From Polyangia bacterium (GTDB lineage Bacteria > Myxococcota_A > Polyangia > JAAYKL01): a stretch of DNA of 31,370 nt. The first letter of the stretch is position 1; every line of letters starts with the position of its first letter. Below the pieces are notes generated by a model that was not told where the DNA came from, made no database searches, and worked only from the letters and a program-made list of their open reading frames with translations. A program made the position numbers and the translations under genes. This document shows positions 19,170 to 28,264 of this stretch, piece after piece. Where the stretch lies: assembly GCA_050287845.1 (NCBI GenBank), contig JBNKCR010000052.1, positions 1 through 31,370 of the forward strand, in the 5' to 3' direction.

Positions 19170-19919
19170 CTACATTTCGCCCCGAACACAGCGGATATAG
19201 TTTGAACCGCTGGTGGGATCATCGGAAATACCTGCCCCTAGGAAATTGACAGTCCAGGCCACATCGACACTGTCTGATTGCTCTGAACTGGACCAATAGG
19301 AACCACATCCTCCGATAAGGACGTCTGGCCAATAGCAGCCATCCACCGTTGGCCCGTCCCCCAGACCACATGGTATACAATTGTCACCGCGTCGACATTC
19401 GAGTTCAAGACATTCAACCGCATCGACTGGGCAGTTGCTTCCCCATTCAGTGTTTGAACATCCTCTGATCAGCGTTCTCATTTCGCTAATATTCGGTAAC
19501 CGCCAGTCATCCTTCCCATCCAGAATGAGATCATCACAGTACCTGATGGAATCGGCCCAGCGGGATTTACCGAATCCGGAATTGTTTTGGGAGATAAACG
19601 GTGGATTCTGCCAGATGAGCCCAATGGTATCGTCTGTCCAGGTGCCGAGGACGAGTTCAGAATCTGTGTCAGTATTAATATCTGTGTCGGTATCTGTGTC
19701 TGTGTCGGTGTCGGTGTCGGAGTCCGTGTCCGTGTCCGTGTCCGTGTCTGTGTCCGTGTCAGTATCTGTATCAATATCAGAATCGGTGTCTGAATCCGCA
19801 TCCGTGTCAGTATCCGTATCCGTGTCGGTATCTGAGCTGTTTCCCTCATCTCCACCGCAAGCGAGCAGGAAAGATAGACCGGTCAGAAGGAACAACAAAT
19901 AAACTGCTTTCAACAGCAT
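19170..19919 (-). CDS. DUF1566 (Lcl C-type-lectin-like) domain lipoprotein with Asp-Thr repeat linker
   Basis: Start MLLKAV (ATG at 19919, RBS GAGGG), lipobox LLAC, (DT)n linker, GLIWQ...W.DS..YC..L...G.DDWRLPNISE...YWSSS...AW.VNF..G...YIRCVR. Confidence 0.88.
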   Translation of the reverse strand: MLLKAVYLLFLLTGLSFLLACGGDEGNSSDTDTDTDTDTDADSDTDSDIDTDTDTDTDTDTDTDTDSDTDTDTDTDTDTDINTDTDSELVLGTWTDDTIGLIWQNPPFISQNNSGFGKSRWADSIRYCDDLILDGKDDWRLPNISEMRTLIRGCSNTEWGSNCPVDAVECLELECRRGDNCIPCGLGDGPTVDGCYWPDVLIGGCGSYWSSSEQSDSVDVAWTVNFLGAGISDDPTSGSNYIRCVRGEM

Positions 19920-19930
19920 AGAACCCTCTC

Positions 19931-20143
19931 TTCGTGAATTGATTGTATCAGGTTTGAATATAATTGGCGTGACAGAGATACTCAAGGGATTTGTGTAGCA
20001 TCATCCCATGAAAGACTCACTCATCCTGACCGCGCCCCTTGTGCGCGCGGTAGAAGTGTATCCCAAACATCAAACTGGATGCCCGACGTCTCGGGCATGA
20101 CGGCGACTCTTCCCGGGATCGCGGAGCTTCAGCTCCGCATTGC
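19931..20143. repeat. ~213-bp direct repeat, copy 1 (promoter plus three REP-like hairpins)
   Basis: Colinear and highly similar to 21322-21536. Confidence 0.92.
19957..19985 (-). promoter_or_regulatory. Sigma70-like promoter for the DUF1566 lipoprotein
   Basis: TTGAGT-N17-TATATT on the minus strand, conserved as TTGAGC-N17-TATATT in repeat copy 2 (21348-21376). Confidence 0.55.
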
Positions 20144-20336
20144 CTGGTGGGCGTTGCACCTGCTTCGTCCTCATGAAGGAGCCCCGAATTTGGCGACTGA
20201 TGGCCGGGCCGATTGTCCGTTTCGGCCACACTGCTTTGCGAGGATGATGTCTGAAATAACGTTTTAATTCAATAGTTTGAGGTACCGAAGGGGCGGCGGT
20301 GGCGACTGGCATGAGGTTCGCTATCAAGGCTGCCCC

Positions 20337-21239
20337 ATGAGAACCATATCCCCAATTAATGATTTTTTCTTTCGCTACCTGTTTGGCGGAACTGGTCACG
20401 AGCACCTGACCCTCGATTTCATCAACGCCGTCCTTTCGGATTCGGGCATGGGGCCACTGCAGAAGGTGGTGGTCAAGAACCCGTTCAACATCCGGGAATC
20501 TGTCACCTCCAAAGAGAGCATTCTGGATATCAAGGCAGAGGACGAGGATGCCCGCATCTACGACATCGAGATGCAACTGGCGGGCAATTCGATCTTTGCC
20601 AATCGTTCTCTGTACTACTGGGCCCGGTGTTACACTTCCCAGATTGGTGATGGGGACGACTACCGCAAATTGAATCCGGTTATCTGTATCAATGTGCTGG
20701 ATTTCGATCTGTTAAAAAATAATCTGCAGACCCACAGTTGCTTTCTGCTCAAGGAAATTCAGACGCACCGGATTGTGCTCACCGACCACCTGATGATCCA
20801 TTTTCTGAGTTTGACCCGGTTCAAGAAGATGCGATATACTGCAGAGAGCCATTTGACAGATTGGCTTACATGGTTTTGCTTTGATATAGAGGATAATATG
20901 AAAGGGCTCGACACCATACTGGAACGAAATGATGCCGTCAGAGAAGCCCATGGGCTTTACGAGCGGTTCACCGCCGATAAGGAGCTTATGGAGAAATACG
21001 AAGCCCGCCAGAAGTATCTTCGGGATGTATCCACCATCAAAGGTGTCAGCCGGGATGAAGGCTACAAGGAAGGCCTCGAGCGCGGAATTAAACAGGGAAT
21101 TGAACAGGGGAGCCGGCTGGAACGAATCAAATTGGCGAGTACCATGAAGAACAATGGCGAGTCACCGGAAAAAATTCAGCAATATACAGGTCTTTCTATC
21201 GCCGAAATAAACGAATTGCAGTTGTTGTGTAGTGGGTGA
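20337..21239 (+). CDS. Rpn-family (PD-(D/E)XK) recombination-promoting nuclease / putative transposase
   Basis: PINDFFFRYLFG, K.SILDIKA, YDIEMQ, RSLYYWAR.Y..Q, PVICINVL.F, C-terminal EG..EG...G repeats and I.QYTGLS..EI. Confidence 0.9.
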   Translation: MRTISPINDFFFRYLFGGTGHEHLTLDFINAVLSDSGMGPLQKVVVKNPFNIRESVTSKESILDIKAEDEDARIYDIEMQLAGNSIFANRSLYYWARCYTSQIGDGDDYRKLNPVICINVLDFDLLKNNLQTHSCFLLKEIQTHRIVLTDHLMIHFLSLTRFKKMRYTAESHLTDWLTWFCFDIEDNMKGLDTILERNDAVREAHGLYERFTADKELMEKYEARQKYLRDVSTIKGVSRDEGYKEGLERGIKQGIEQGSRLERIKLASTMKNNGESPEKIQQYTGLSIAEINELQLLCSG

Positions 21240-21255
21240 TTTCCATTCTGGTCCC

Positions 21256-21295
21256 GCAAGCTACAGTTAATGTATCCGCACCGTAGCTGCTTTTT
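21256..21295 (+). terminator. Probable terminator after the Rpn gene
   Basis: gcaagctacag...cgtagctgc stem followed by TTTTT. Confidence 0.5.
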
Positions 21296-21321
21296 GAGGG
21301 GAATATCTATGCTGGATTTAT

Positions 21322-21536
21322 TTCGTGAATTGATTGTATCAGGTTGAAATATAAATGGCGTGGCAGAGTTGCTCAAGTGATTTGTGTAGCATCATCGCAT
21401 GAAAGACTTACTCATCCTGACCGCGCCCCTTGTGCGCGCGGTAGAAGCGTATCCCAAACATCAAACTGGATGTCCGACGACTCGGGCATGACGGCAACCC
21501 TTCCCCCGGGATCGCGGAGCTCCCGCTCCGCATTGC
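21322..21536. repeat. ~215-bp direct repeat, copy 2
   Basis: Matches 19931-20143. Confidence 0.92.
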
Positions 21537-21564
21537 ATGTTAGGCGGCCCGGGCAGATGTCGCT

Positions 21565-23040
21565 TCAATCATTGTCCACAAACACCACGCCCCGTTGCTG
21601 GGCGATGAGGGCTTCGGAGACATCCACACCGCGGATGGTCAGACCGCCGGCGTCATTGAATGCGTCGGCGCCGGGATTGAGTGTGGCGGTGCTGCTGTCC
21701 GGCACGGTGTCGAACAGGCCGCGGTCTTCGGCGTCGTAGGGATATTCGTCTCCATACCATTCGGGATATTCTTCAAACCACTCGTCTTCCTGGGCCCAGG
21801 TGGTGCCCCAGTAGAAGATGCCCTTAAGGTGCGGAATATTTTTCACCGCGTTGGTCAACTGGTAGAGAAAATCATACTGACCCTGTTTGGTGGACGGCCA
21901 GTCCGGAGTGTTTTCGCCGGTCCGGCTGGCGGTCCAGTAGGCGGCGGTTTCAACGACAATCATATCCTTGCCGTGGCTGGACATCTCGGTGTATGCGGCC
22001 ACCGCATCGCTGATGGTGCCGTGCCAGATGGCATAGAATGACGTGGCCAGCACATCCGCCTTTCCACCGGCGTCCAGATATGTGGAAAACCACCATGGGG
22101 CGCTCGACATATTGCCGGCATACTGAATCATCACCGGAATATTCGCCACACTCTTCACCGCGTCGTACCCCCGGCTGGAAAGCACTATGAAATTGCTGAA
22201 ATTATCGGGGTTCCAGGTGATTTTGCCCACGGGATGCACCATGCCGTTGATGACTTCGTTGCCCACCTGTACCATATCCGGCAGCACACCTTCCGCATTC
22301 ATGGCGTTCAGTACCGAAGTGGTGTGGTCCGCCAGCTGACTGGCCACCGTATTCAGGTCGTTACTGGGCCAGGATGCCGGTTTCCATTGTTTGCCCGGGT
22401 CAGCCCAGCCGTCTGAATAAAAGAAGTCGAGGAGAATCTGCATGCCTGCGGCTTTTGCAGCCCTGGCGGTGGCAATCACATAGTCGATGTCCTGATACAG
22501 CGCATCTTTGTATGGCGGTTCCACCAGAATACGGATGCGTACATAGTTGAACCCATGATTGGCCAGGATGGAAATGGCCTGAATCTCCCCATTGTCTTCG
22601 GTGCCGGTGTCGGAACTGGTTTCCGTCTCCGTGTCATTTCCGATGTCGAAACCTGTATCCGTGTCCGAGCTGGTATCTGAGTCTGAATCTGAATCGGTGT
22701 CCGTATCCGAGTCTGAGTCCGAATCAGAATCCGAATCCGTGTCTGAATCAGTGTCGGTATCCGAGTCTGAGTCTGAATCGGTGTCTGCGTCTGCGTCTGC
22801 GTCTGAGTCTGAGTCCGTATCTGAATCGGTGTCGGTATCCGTATCTGAATCGGTGTCGGTATCCGTATCTGAATCGGTGTCCGTATCCGAGTCTGAGTCC
22901 GAATCCGAATCTGCATCCGAATCTGCATCCGACACTGCGTTTGATTCCGACGGTTGCGAATTTCCCTTTTCAGTGCTGCAGGCCGGAATCAGCCAGAGCA
23001 CGCATAGCAGTGAAAAGACGAAACAGGACCGGTTATTCAT
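21565..23040 (-). CDS. GH53 arabinogalactan endo-beta-1,4-galactanase lipoprotein with Asp-Ser/Thr repeat linker, circularly permuted
   Basis: Lipobox-like [34 protein letters not shown] (acid/base), VVET (nucleophile), GIFYW. The usual N-terminal motif (IRGVDVS...GV.F.D) is at the C-terminus. Confidence 0.88.
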   Translation of the reverse strand: MNNRSCFVFSLLCVLWLIPACSTEKGNSQPSESNAVSDADSDADSDSDSDSDTDTDSDTDTDTDSDTDTDTDSDTDSDSDADADADTDSDSDSDTDTDSDTDSDSDSDSDSDTDTDSDSDSDTSSDTDTGFDIGNDTETETSSDTGTEDNGEIQAISILANHGFNYVRIRILVEPPYKDALYQDIDYVIATARAAKAAGMQILLDFFYSDGWADPGKQWKPASWPSNDLNTVASQLADHTTSVLNAMNAEGVLPDMVQVGNEVINGMVHPVGKITWNPDNFSNFIVLSSRGYDAVKSVANIPVMIQYAGNMSSAPWWFSTYLDAGGKADVLATSFYAIWHGTISDAVAAYTEMSSHGKDMIVVETAAYWTASRTGENTPDWPSTKQGQYDFLYQLTNAVKNIPHLKGIFYWGTTWAQEDEWFEEYPEWYGDEYPYDAEDRGLFDTVPDSSTATLNPGADAFNDAGGLTIRGVDVSEALIAQQRGVVFVDND

Positions 23041-23399
23041 TTCGTAACTCCTTCATCCATGTGGATTATCCATCCGGAACAGTCCTGTCTACCTAACGGT
23101 TGGCGACGAATAGTTCAAGCGATAAAATAACCGGAAGCATCCATGCAACGTCTCTGCGAAAAATAAAGTACGCTATTCCTACCCATCATGACCGCGCTCC
23201 TTCTATGAAAAAGCCTGTCAAGAGAAAAAAGGTTCCCTGTCCACCTGGCCTGTAGCAGTTCCCTGGCAGTGCGTCCGTTGTTACGTGTCTCGGTACTCAG
23301 TCCCTTTGTTCGACAGCGCCGCTGTCGCCCTGCTGGCATTGACAGGATCACAATTGCAGTTGATGGACGTATTTCCGCTGTTTTCATGTTCTTTAATGA

Positions 23400-23678
23400 C
23401 GCATCAATCGGTCTTTCGATTGCAGGCATTTAACTGAGACGTTTTTCACCCTTCTATCAAGCTCTCACGGGTGTTGGAACAGTTGTTCCAAATTGCCGAT
23501 TTCACCCACGGGGCATTGCAATCATCAGATATAAAACGGTGGAGGATTAGCCTCGTGTCAAGATCTCCAGTGCCAGCCGGGATCATGGGGCGCACAATCT
23601 CTCCACCTCTCCAGACCCAATGGATGCGTCATCCAGACTGGAGATTCGGCCACCAGTCACTGTCGGGTCCAAAGATTC
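23400..23678 (-). ncRNA. Candidate bridge/seek RNA of the IS1111-type element (boundaries approximate)
   Basis: Stem-loop 23538-23607 has an internal loop carrying GCGCCCC and CACGAGG, matching both halves of the target GCGCCCCTCGTG. ATAGAAGG (23450-23457) is complementary to the IS end CCTTCTAT. Confidence 0.75.
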
Positions 23679-24701
23679 TCAAGTACCGCTATGGTTTGAT
23701 GCCTGCTTTCGCTGCGTCACCTCCCATTTTTTGTCGTTATATTTTTTTCCAGATTTCCAGACGCCAAGCACGGTGGCTGCAATCTGCTTTGTTACGGCAT
23801 TGCGTGCCGACTTTTCTCCGGTACCGTTCTGTATCATTTGTTCATATTTTCTGCGAAACGAAGTATTGGATTGAGTAGCACTGTTAAAGGCGGACTTAAA
23901 CACTTCCTTTAACTCGGAGCGCCCGTGTGCTTTTACTCTCCCATATTTCTTTCCATCGCTCATGCGGTCATGTTTCGTCAGCATGGCATATGCATTAAAT
24001 TTGGATTTATTGGAAAAACGATACGGCGTCACAATAATTCCCACGAGCTTGTTTGCCCGGACTGCAGCTATGCCTGGAATACTTGTCAGCAGTTTCACTG
24101 GTTTCAGTTTCTTCGCGTTTTGCTCAAATCGTTCCAAATATTCGACACGGTCGTGTTCCAATCGCTTAATTTGCTCATGAAATTTTGTAGCCACAAATTG
24201 CCTCTCTTCGGTATCAAGAAGTGCAATCAGCTCGGAATCATTATAAAAACTGCGTCCTTGCGCTGGCAGCGCAATTTGGCGGAACAATGCCTTGTATCTG
24301 TTTTTGGTGCGTACAATCTCCTCAATCACATCCGCGTAGCCCGAAATCAGAATGCGCAGACGAATCATTTCATTGTCCGCATGATATATGGCTTTCAGAC
24401 CGTTGACGCGAAGAAGCTCAGCGAGTTCTGCGGCATCAAGCATATCCGTCTTGGCGCCTTTCCTCGCAGTCGGCTCACAAACAATCACCTCTTCAGCTTC
24501 CCTGTACAATAGCACATACAGCCATTGTGCAAGAGGACCTTCCTCAAATGCGATCTTCTTCTTTCCCTTGATTGAACGCACAAATTCCAGAAGATCATGT
24601 TCCTCCGTGTCGATAGTTGTACGATTCAAAATACGACCACTTTTTCCTTTGACGACAAAAGTGCATTGTCGACTATGCACGTCTATTCCAATAAACTTCA
24701 T
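23679..24701 (-). CDS. IS110-family transposase/recombinase
   Basis: DEDD RuvC-like motifs GIDVHS, FEEG, KTDMLDA, then L.SIPGI and SDGK with the likely catalytic Ser. Confidence 0.93.
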   Translation of the reverse strand: MKFIGIDVHSRQCTFVVKGKSGRILNRTTIDTEEHDLLEFVRSIKGKKKIAFEEGPLAQWLYVLLYREAEEVIVCEPTARKGAKTDMLDAAELAELLRVNGLKAIYHADNEMIRLRILISGYADVIEEIVRTKNRYKALFRQIALPAQGRSFYNDSELIALLDTEERQFVATKFHEQIKRLEHDRVEYLERFEQNAKKLKPVKLLTSIPGIAAVRANKLVGIIVTPYRFSNKSKFNAYAMLTKHDRMSDGKKYGRVKAHGRSELKEVFKSAFNSATQSNTSFRRKYEQMIQNGTGEKSARNAVTKQIAATVLGVWKSGKKYNDKKWEVTQRKQASNHSGT

Positions 24702-24775
24702 TTGCAGCGTTCCTTTCTTGTTGGTAGTTGTGGTTGACTAACCATAACAAAAAAGGACGCTGCTTTTTCATATTG

Positions 24776-24998
24776 CCTCGTGCGCGCGGCTTCCACAGCG
24801 CTGCTGGACACCTGCACGGTTTCCCCCATCATGACCGCGCCCCTCCTGCGTGCGGTTCCCAGCTCTCTGTGATACCCACACTGTTCCTCCCCCCATCATG
24901 ACCGCGCCCCTCGTGCGCGCGGCTTCCCGCCTCCCTGTGACACACACACACTGTTCCACATTCCGGGCAAAGCGGAGCGGGAGCTCCGCGCTCCCGGG
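24776..24998. repeat. Three tandem ~67-bp REP-containing units (the first split by the IS) plus an inverted copy of a second REP family
   Basis: cccatcatgaccgcgcccctcgtgcgcgcggcttcc-type cores at 24825 and 24892 with related linkers. gcggagcgggagctccgcgctcccggg at 24972-24998. Confidence 0.85.
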
Positions 24999-25092
24999 GA
25001 ACCCGTCCGCCGTGCGTCTTTTCAACGGTTGCCCCCACCGCCGCCTGATTTCCAGTTGCAGAGTGCAGGGCACATGAGGTAAGTCATTATTC

Positions 25093-26061
25093 ATGTTTGA
25101 TATTGATGTGTATAGACCCGATGAAGTTGACCTGGATGAATTTGCCGCCATGCAAAAAGAGGCTTTCCGGGATCTCCTCGAAAAGATGGGGGTCGACAAC
25201 GCCTTCATGACCCCCGAGTTCTATCAATGGAAATACAACGGCCCTTTCGGTCAGGCCAAAATGTCGCTAGCCAGAGACAACGGACGCATCATCGCTTCCA
25301 CGGTGAACCAGGCCCTCGAAATTGAGTACAATGAAAACACGTATCGCGCATGGCAGAATGGGGATTCCGCCATGCTGCCCCAGTACCGGGGCAAGGGCCT
25401 GTACCACAAATGCGTGGGCAAGGCAGTGGCGTCCCTTAAAGAAAATGAGCTGATTTACGGGTTTCCCAATGAAAACTCCAAACGGGGATTTTCTGCCCAC
25501 GTGCCAGTAAATAAGGGCATCATTCCCCTGCTGGCGACCCCATCGGTCTTTCCACCCATGGCGTCAGGTAAATACATTACTCAGGTGGAGAGTTTCGCTG
25601 AGACATCCCTCTTTCCTGGTCTCGGGCTGAAACCGGGGACGGCGGCGCTGAAAAAAACCAGCGAATATCTGGCATGGCGGTACGACCGACATCCGGTGAA
25701 TTCATACACATCATTTGTCTACCGGCATCCCACTACCGCCGATCAGGCGGTGGTGGTCACCCGAAAGGCCGACATCGGCGGCAAACGGGTGCTGCTCATC
25801 ATGGAGCTGCTGGGCGGTTCCGTCCGGGCCTTGGCCCGCGTGCTGCACTTTGCCATCCGCAAGCAGCGAACCGGAGTGGCCACACTGATGTTCAACAATA
25901 CGTTCGGCATGGGTGAACTGATTCGGCTTGGATTCATGAAGGTCCCCACTCCCCTGCTTCCCAAAAAGCAGCTTCTTTTTGTTCACGGGAGTTCCGGAGC
26001 GGCCACCGCGTTGCTGGATGTGCCCTGGCAGGTGCAGATGGGAGACTGGGATGGTTTCTGA
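25093..26061 (+). CDS. GNAT-family N-acetyltransferase (tandem GNAT fold)
   Basis: WKY..P.G, DSAMLPQYRGKGLY, IYGFPNENS, YLAWRY..HP, GDWD.F. Confidence 0.8.
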   Translation: MFDIDVYRPDEVDLDEFAAMQKEAFRDLLEKMGVDNAFMTPEFYQWKYNGPFGQAKMSLARDNGRIIASTVNQALEIEYNENTYRAWQNGDSAMLPQYRGKGLYHKCVGKAVASLKENELIYGFPNENSKRGFSAHVPVNKGIIPLLATPSVFPPMASGKYITQVESFAETSLFPGLGLKPGTAALKKTSEYLAWRYDRHPVNSYTSFVYRHPTTADQAVVVTRKADIGGKRVLLIMELLGGSVRALARVLHFAIRKQRTGVATLMFNNTFGMGELIRLGFMKVPTPLLPKKQLLFVHGSSGAATALLDVPWQVQMGDWDGF

Positions 26062-26935
26062 AAATATATCCAACGGGGTAAAACAACTCATCATCAACGC
26101 CGATGATTTGGGGCTGTCGAAAGGGACCAATATCGGTATCGTGAACGCCCTCCAACGCGGACTGGTCTCCAGCACCAGCCTGATGGCCTGCGGCAGTGAA
26201 TTTGATCATGCCGTTTCACTGCTGCGGCAAGCGGGCATCAACGGGGTCGGCGTTCATCTCACCCTCGACGAAGAAAAGCCCGTATCCGCCCCGGCAGAGA
26301 TTTCCTCCATCACCACGGTCGCGGGAAGGTTCATGGACCGGGGAGTGCTGCTGAAAAAATTGCTTTTCTCCAATCAAATCAACCTGGAGCACGTGGCCCT
26401 GGAATTCCGGGCCCAGATACGGAAAATCATGGATGCGGGGATGACCATTACCCATCTGGACGGCCACGGCCATGTGCACGTGTACCCCAGAATCAGCCGC
26501 ATCGTCGCTGCCCTTGCCGCCGAATTCGGGATTGCCAGAGTCCGGTTTCCGGCGGAGCGCTATGGGTATATGGACGTCAAATCGTTCAACGCCAGAAAGT
26601 ATGTGAACAAGTTGATTGTGACCACCTTTTCCCGACTGGCCAGAAAACAGTTTACTGCACAGCACAATATAATGCCGGACGGATTCATGGGCATGCTGTT
26701 CGGGGGCCACCTCAATGGGGCCAATCTGGACAAGATTTTTGCGAACATGCCACGGGCGAACTGTGTTGAAATAATGAGCCATCCCGGGGATGAGGATCCG
26801 GCGCGCGAACAGGTGTACGGGCACTGGAGGTATCACTGGACAGACGAGCTGAATGCCCTGCTGTCCCACAGTAAGGAAGAAATCCGGCACCGGTATGGAT
26901 ACAGAATTATTTCATATGAAGAACTCGGCAAATGA
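26051..26935 (+). CDS. ChbG/HpnK (YdjC)-family carbohydrate deacetylase
   Basis: LIINADDLG, STSLM, GVHLTL, EFRAQI, THLDGHGHVH, EIMSHPG. Confidence 0.9.
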   Translation: MVSENISNGVKQLIINADDLGLSKGTNIGIVNALQRGLVSSTSLMACGSEFDHAVSLLRQAGINGVGVHLTLDEEKPVSAPAEISSITTVAGRFMDRGVLLKKLLFSNQINLEHVALEFRAQIRKIMDAGMTITHLDGHGHVHVYPRISRIVAALAAEFGIARVRFPAERYGYMDVKSFNARKYVNKLIVTTFSRLARKQFTAQHNIMPDGFMGMLFGGHLNGANLDKIFANMPRANCVEIMSHPGDEDPAREQVYGHWRYHWTDELNALLSHSKEEIRHRYGYRIISYEELGK

Positions 26936-26951
26936 TCGGGATGAAAAACAG

Positions 26952-28262
26952 ATGCAGATAAAAACGGTTACAGTTATTGGGGCCAATGGCACCATCGGTT
27001 CAAAAATTGGCGGCATGATTGCGGCGTTCACCGACGCCACGGTGTACATGATGGCCCGCACCATGGAGGACGCCGAAAAAGGCGTGCGCAAAGCCATTTC
27101 CAGCGTCCGAAGCAGCACCCTGGAATCCAGGCTGATTCCGTGCACGCTTTCCGGGGCCAGGGAGATTCTTGGCAAATCCGACTGGATTTTCGAGAGCGTG
27201 ATTGAGGACCTGGATGTGAAAAAAAGCGTGAATACCATCATCGACCAGCACGCGTCTGCCCAATGTGTCATCACCACCGGCACTTCCGGCATCTCCATTC
27301 ATGAACTTTCGGAGGCGTTCAGCGCCCGGCGGCAAAATTTCTTTGGCACCCATTTTTTCAATCCTCCCTTAAAGATGACCGCCTGTGAGATTATCCGGAC
27401 CCGCTATACCGATGAGACGCTGGCGTCCGCGTTTACCGGATTTCTCGAATCGACCCTCCACCGCAGCATCATTCCCATTGAGAGTGATCGGGCGGCGTTT
27501 GCGGGCAACTACATTGGCTTTCGGCTGTTCGAAATGGCCACCTTCATCTGCGAACAGCATGCCGACAAAGGGGGCATCGATTACGTGGACTACATTCTGG
27601 GCAACGCCGCCGGAAATACCATGGCGCCCCTCATCACCCTGGATTACGTGGGACTCGATGTATACCAGTCTATTGTGGAAAACATCCATGACAAGCTTTC
27701 AAATGCGTCGTCGCGCAGCGTTTCCGGTTTTATCCGACAGCTGATTCACGATGGTCACACCGGCAGCAAGGCCAGACAGGGACTATACGATTACCGTCAC
27801 AAAAGCGCGTCGCTGCCCCAGGTCTGGGATGTGCGGGATAATGCCTATCGACCGGCCACCGACTACCGGATTCCCGTCATCGAATCCATCAGGCACATTG
27901 TGCGCCATGGCCGATACCACGACGTTCTGCCCCGCCTGCTTGCTGAAAACAACGATGCGGCGTTTATTGTGCTGTCGTACATCCTCTCGTACATTGTGTT
28001 TTCTTTCGATTTGGTGCCACAGGTCGTTGCCGATATTCACCATGTGGATGATGTGATGATGAACGGGTTTGCCTGGACGCCTCCCACCTTTTGGCTGTGG
28101 CAGCTGACCCGAAATCTGAACGACGGCACCTTTACCGATCTCTGCGGAAAGTATGATGTGGGGCTCAAAGAAAAAACCCAAAGCCAGATTGAAAGCTACC
28201 TGAACCGCGGCGACCGGAATCGGGACGCAGGGTACCGGAATTTTACGGTAAGTGGGAATTGA
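26952..28262 (+). CDS. 3-hydroxyacyl-CoA dehydrogenase family protein
   Basis: Rossmann VTVIGANGTIG, ESVIEDL.VK, TGTSG, GTHFFNP, LDYVGLDV. Alternative start at 26916. Confidence 0.88.
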   Translation: MQIKTVTVIGANGTIGSKIGGMIAAFTDATVYMMARTMEDAEKGVRKAISSVRSSTLESRLIPCTLSGAREILGKSDWIFESVIEDLDVKKSVNTIIDQHASAQCVITTGTSGISIHELSEAFSARRQNFFGTHFFNPPLKMTACEIIRTRYTDETLASAFTGFLESTLHRSIIPIESDRAAFAGNYIGFRLFEMATFICEQHADKGGIDYVDYILGNAAGNTMAPLITLDYVGLDVYQSIVENIHDKLSNASSRSVSGFIRQLIHDGHTGSKARQGLYDYRHKSASLPQVWDVRDNAYRPATDYRIPVIESIRHIVRHGRYHDVLPRLLAENNDAAFIVLSYILSYIVFSFDLVPQVVADIHHVDDVMMNGFAWTPPTFWLWQLTRNLNDGTFTDLCGKYDVGLKEKTQSQIESYLNRGDRNRDAGYRNFTVSGN

Positions 28263-28264
28263 AG

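Larger units (their letters stand above)
23199..24778 (-). mobile_element. Complete IS110-family (IS1111-type) insertion sequence inserted in a REP repeat
   Basis: Subterminal inverted repeats TATGAAAAAGC (23204-23214) and GCTTTTTCATA (24762-24772), with CCT at both junctions. Joining the flanks rebuilds the repeat catcatgaccgcgc(t)cctcgtgcgcgcggcttcc seen intact at 24894-24927. Confidence 0.92.

Noticed and set aside
19170..19300. Diversity-generating retroelement variable region in the DUF1566 gene
   Set aside because: The fold is a common DGR target, but I found no adenine-variant template repeat in the window, and the RT fragment belongs to a group II intron.
19381..23047. Ser-Val and Ser-Glu repeat ORFs on the plus strand (19381-19902, 22592-23047)
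   Set aside because: These are antisense shadows of the Asp-Thr/Ser repeat linkers.
24776..24960. CRISPR array (36-bp hairpin repeat, ~30-bp spacers)
   Set aside because: The spacers resemble each other (ctgtgaYacMcaca...ctgttcc), the repeat also occurs singly elsewhere, and no cas genes are present. It fits a tandem REP unit better.
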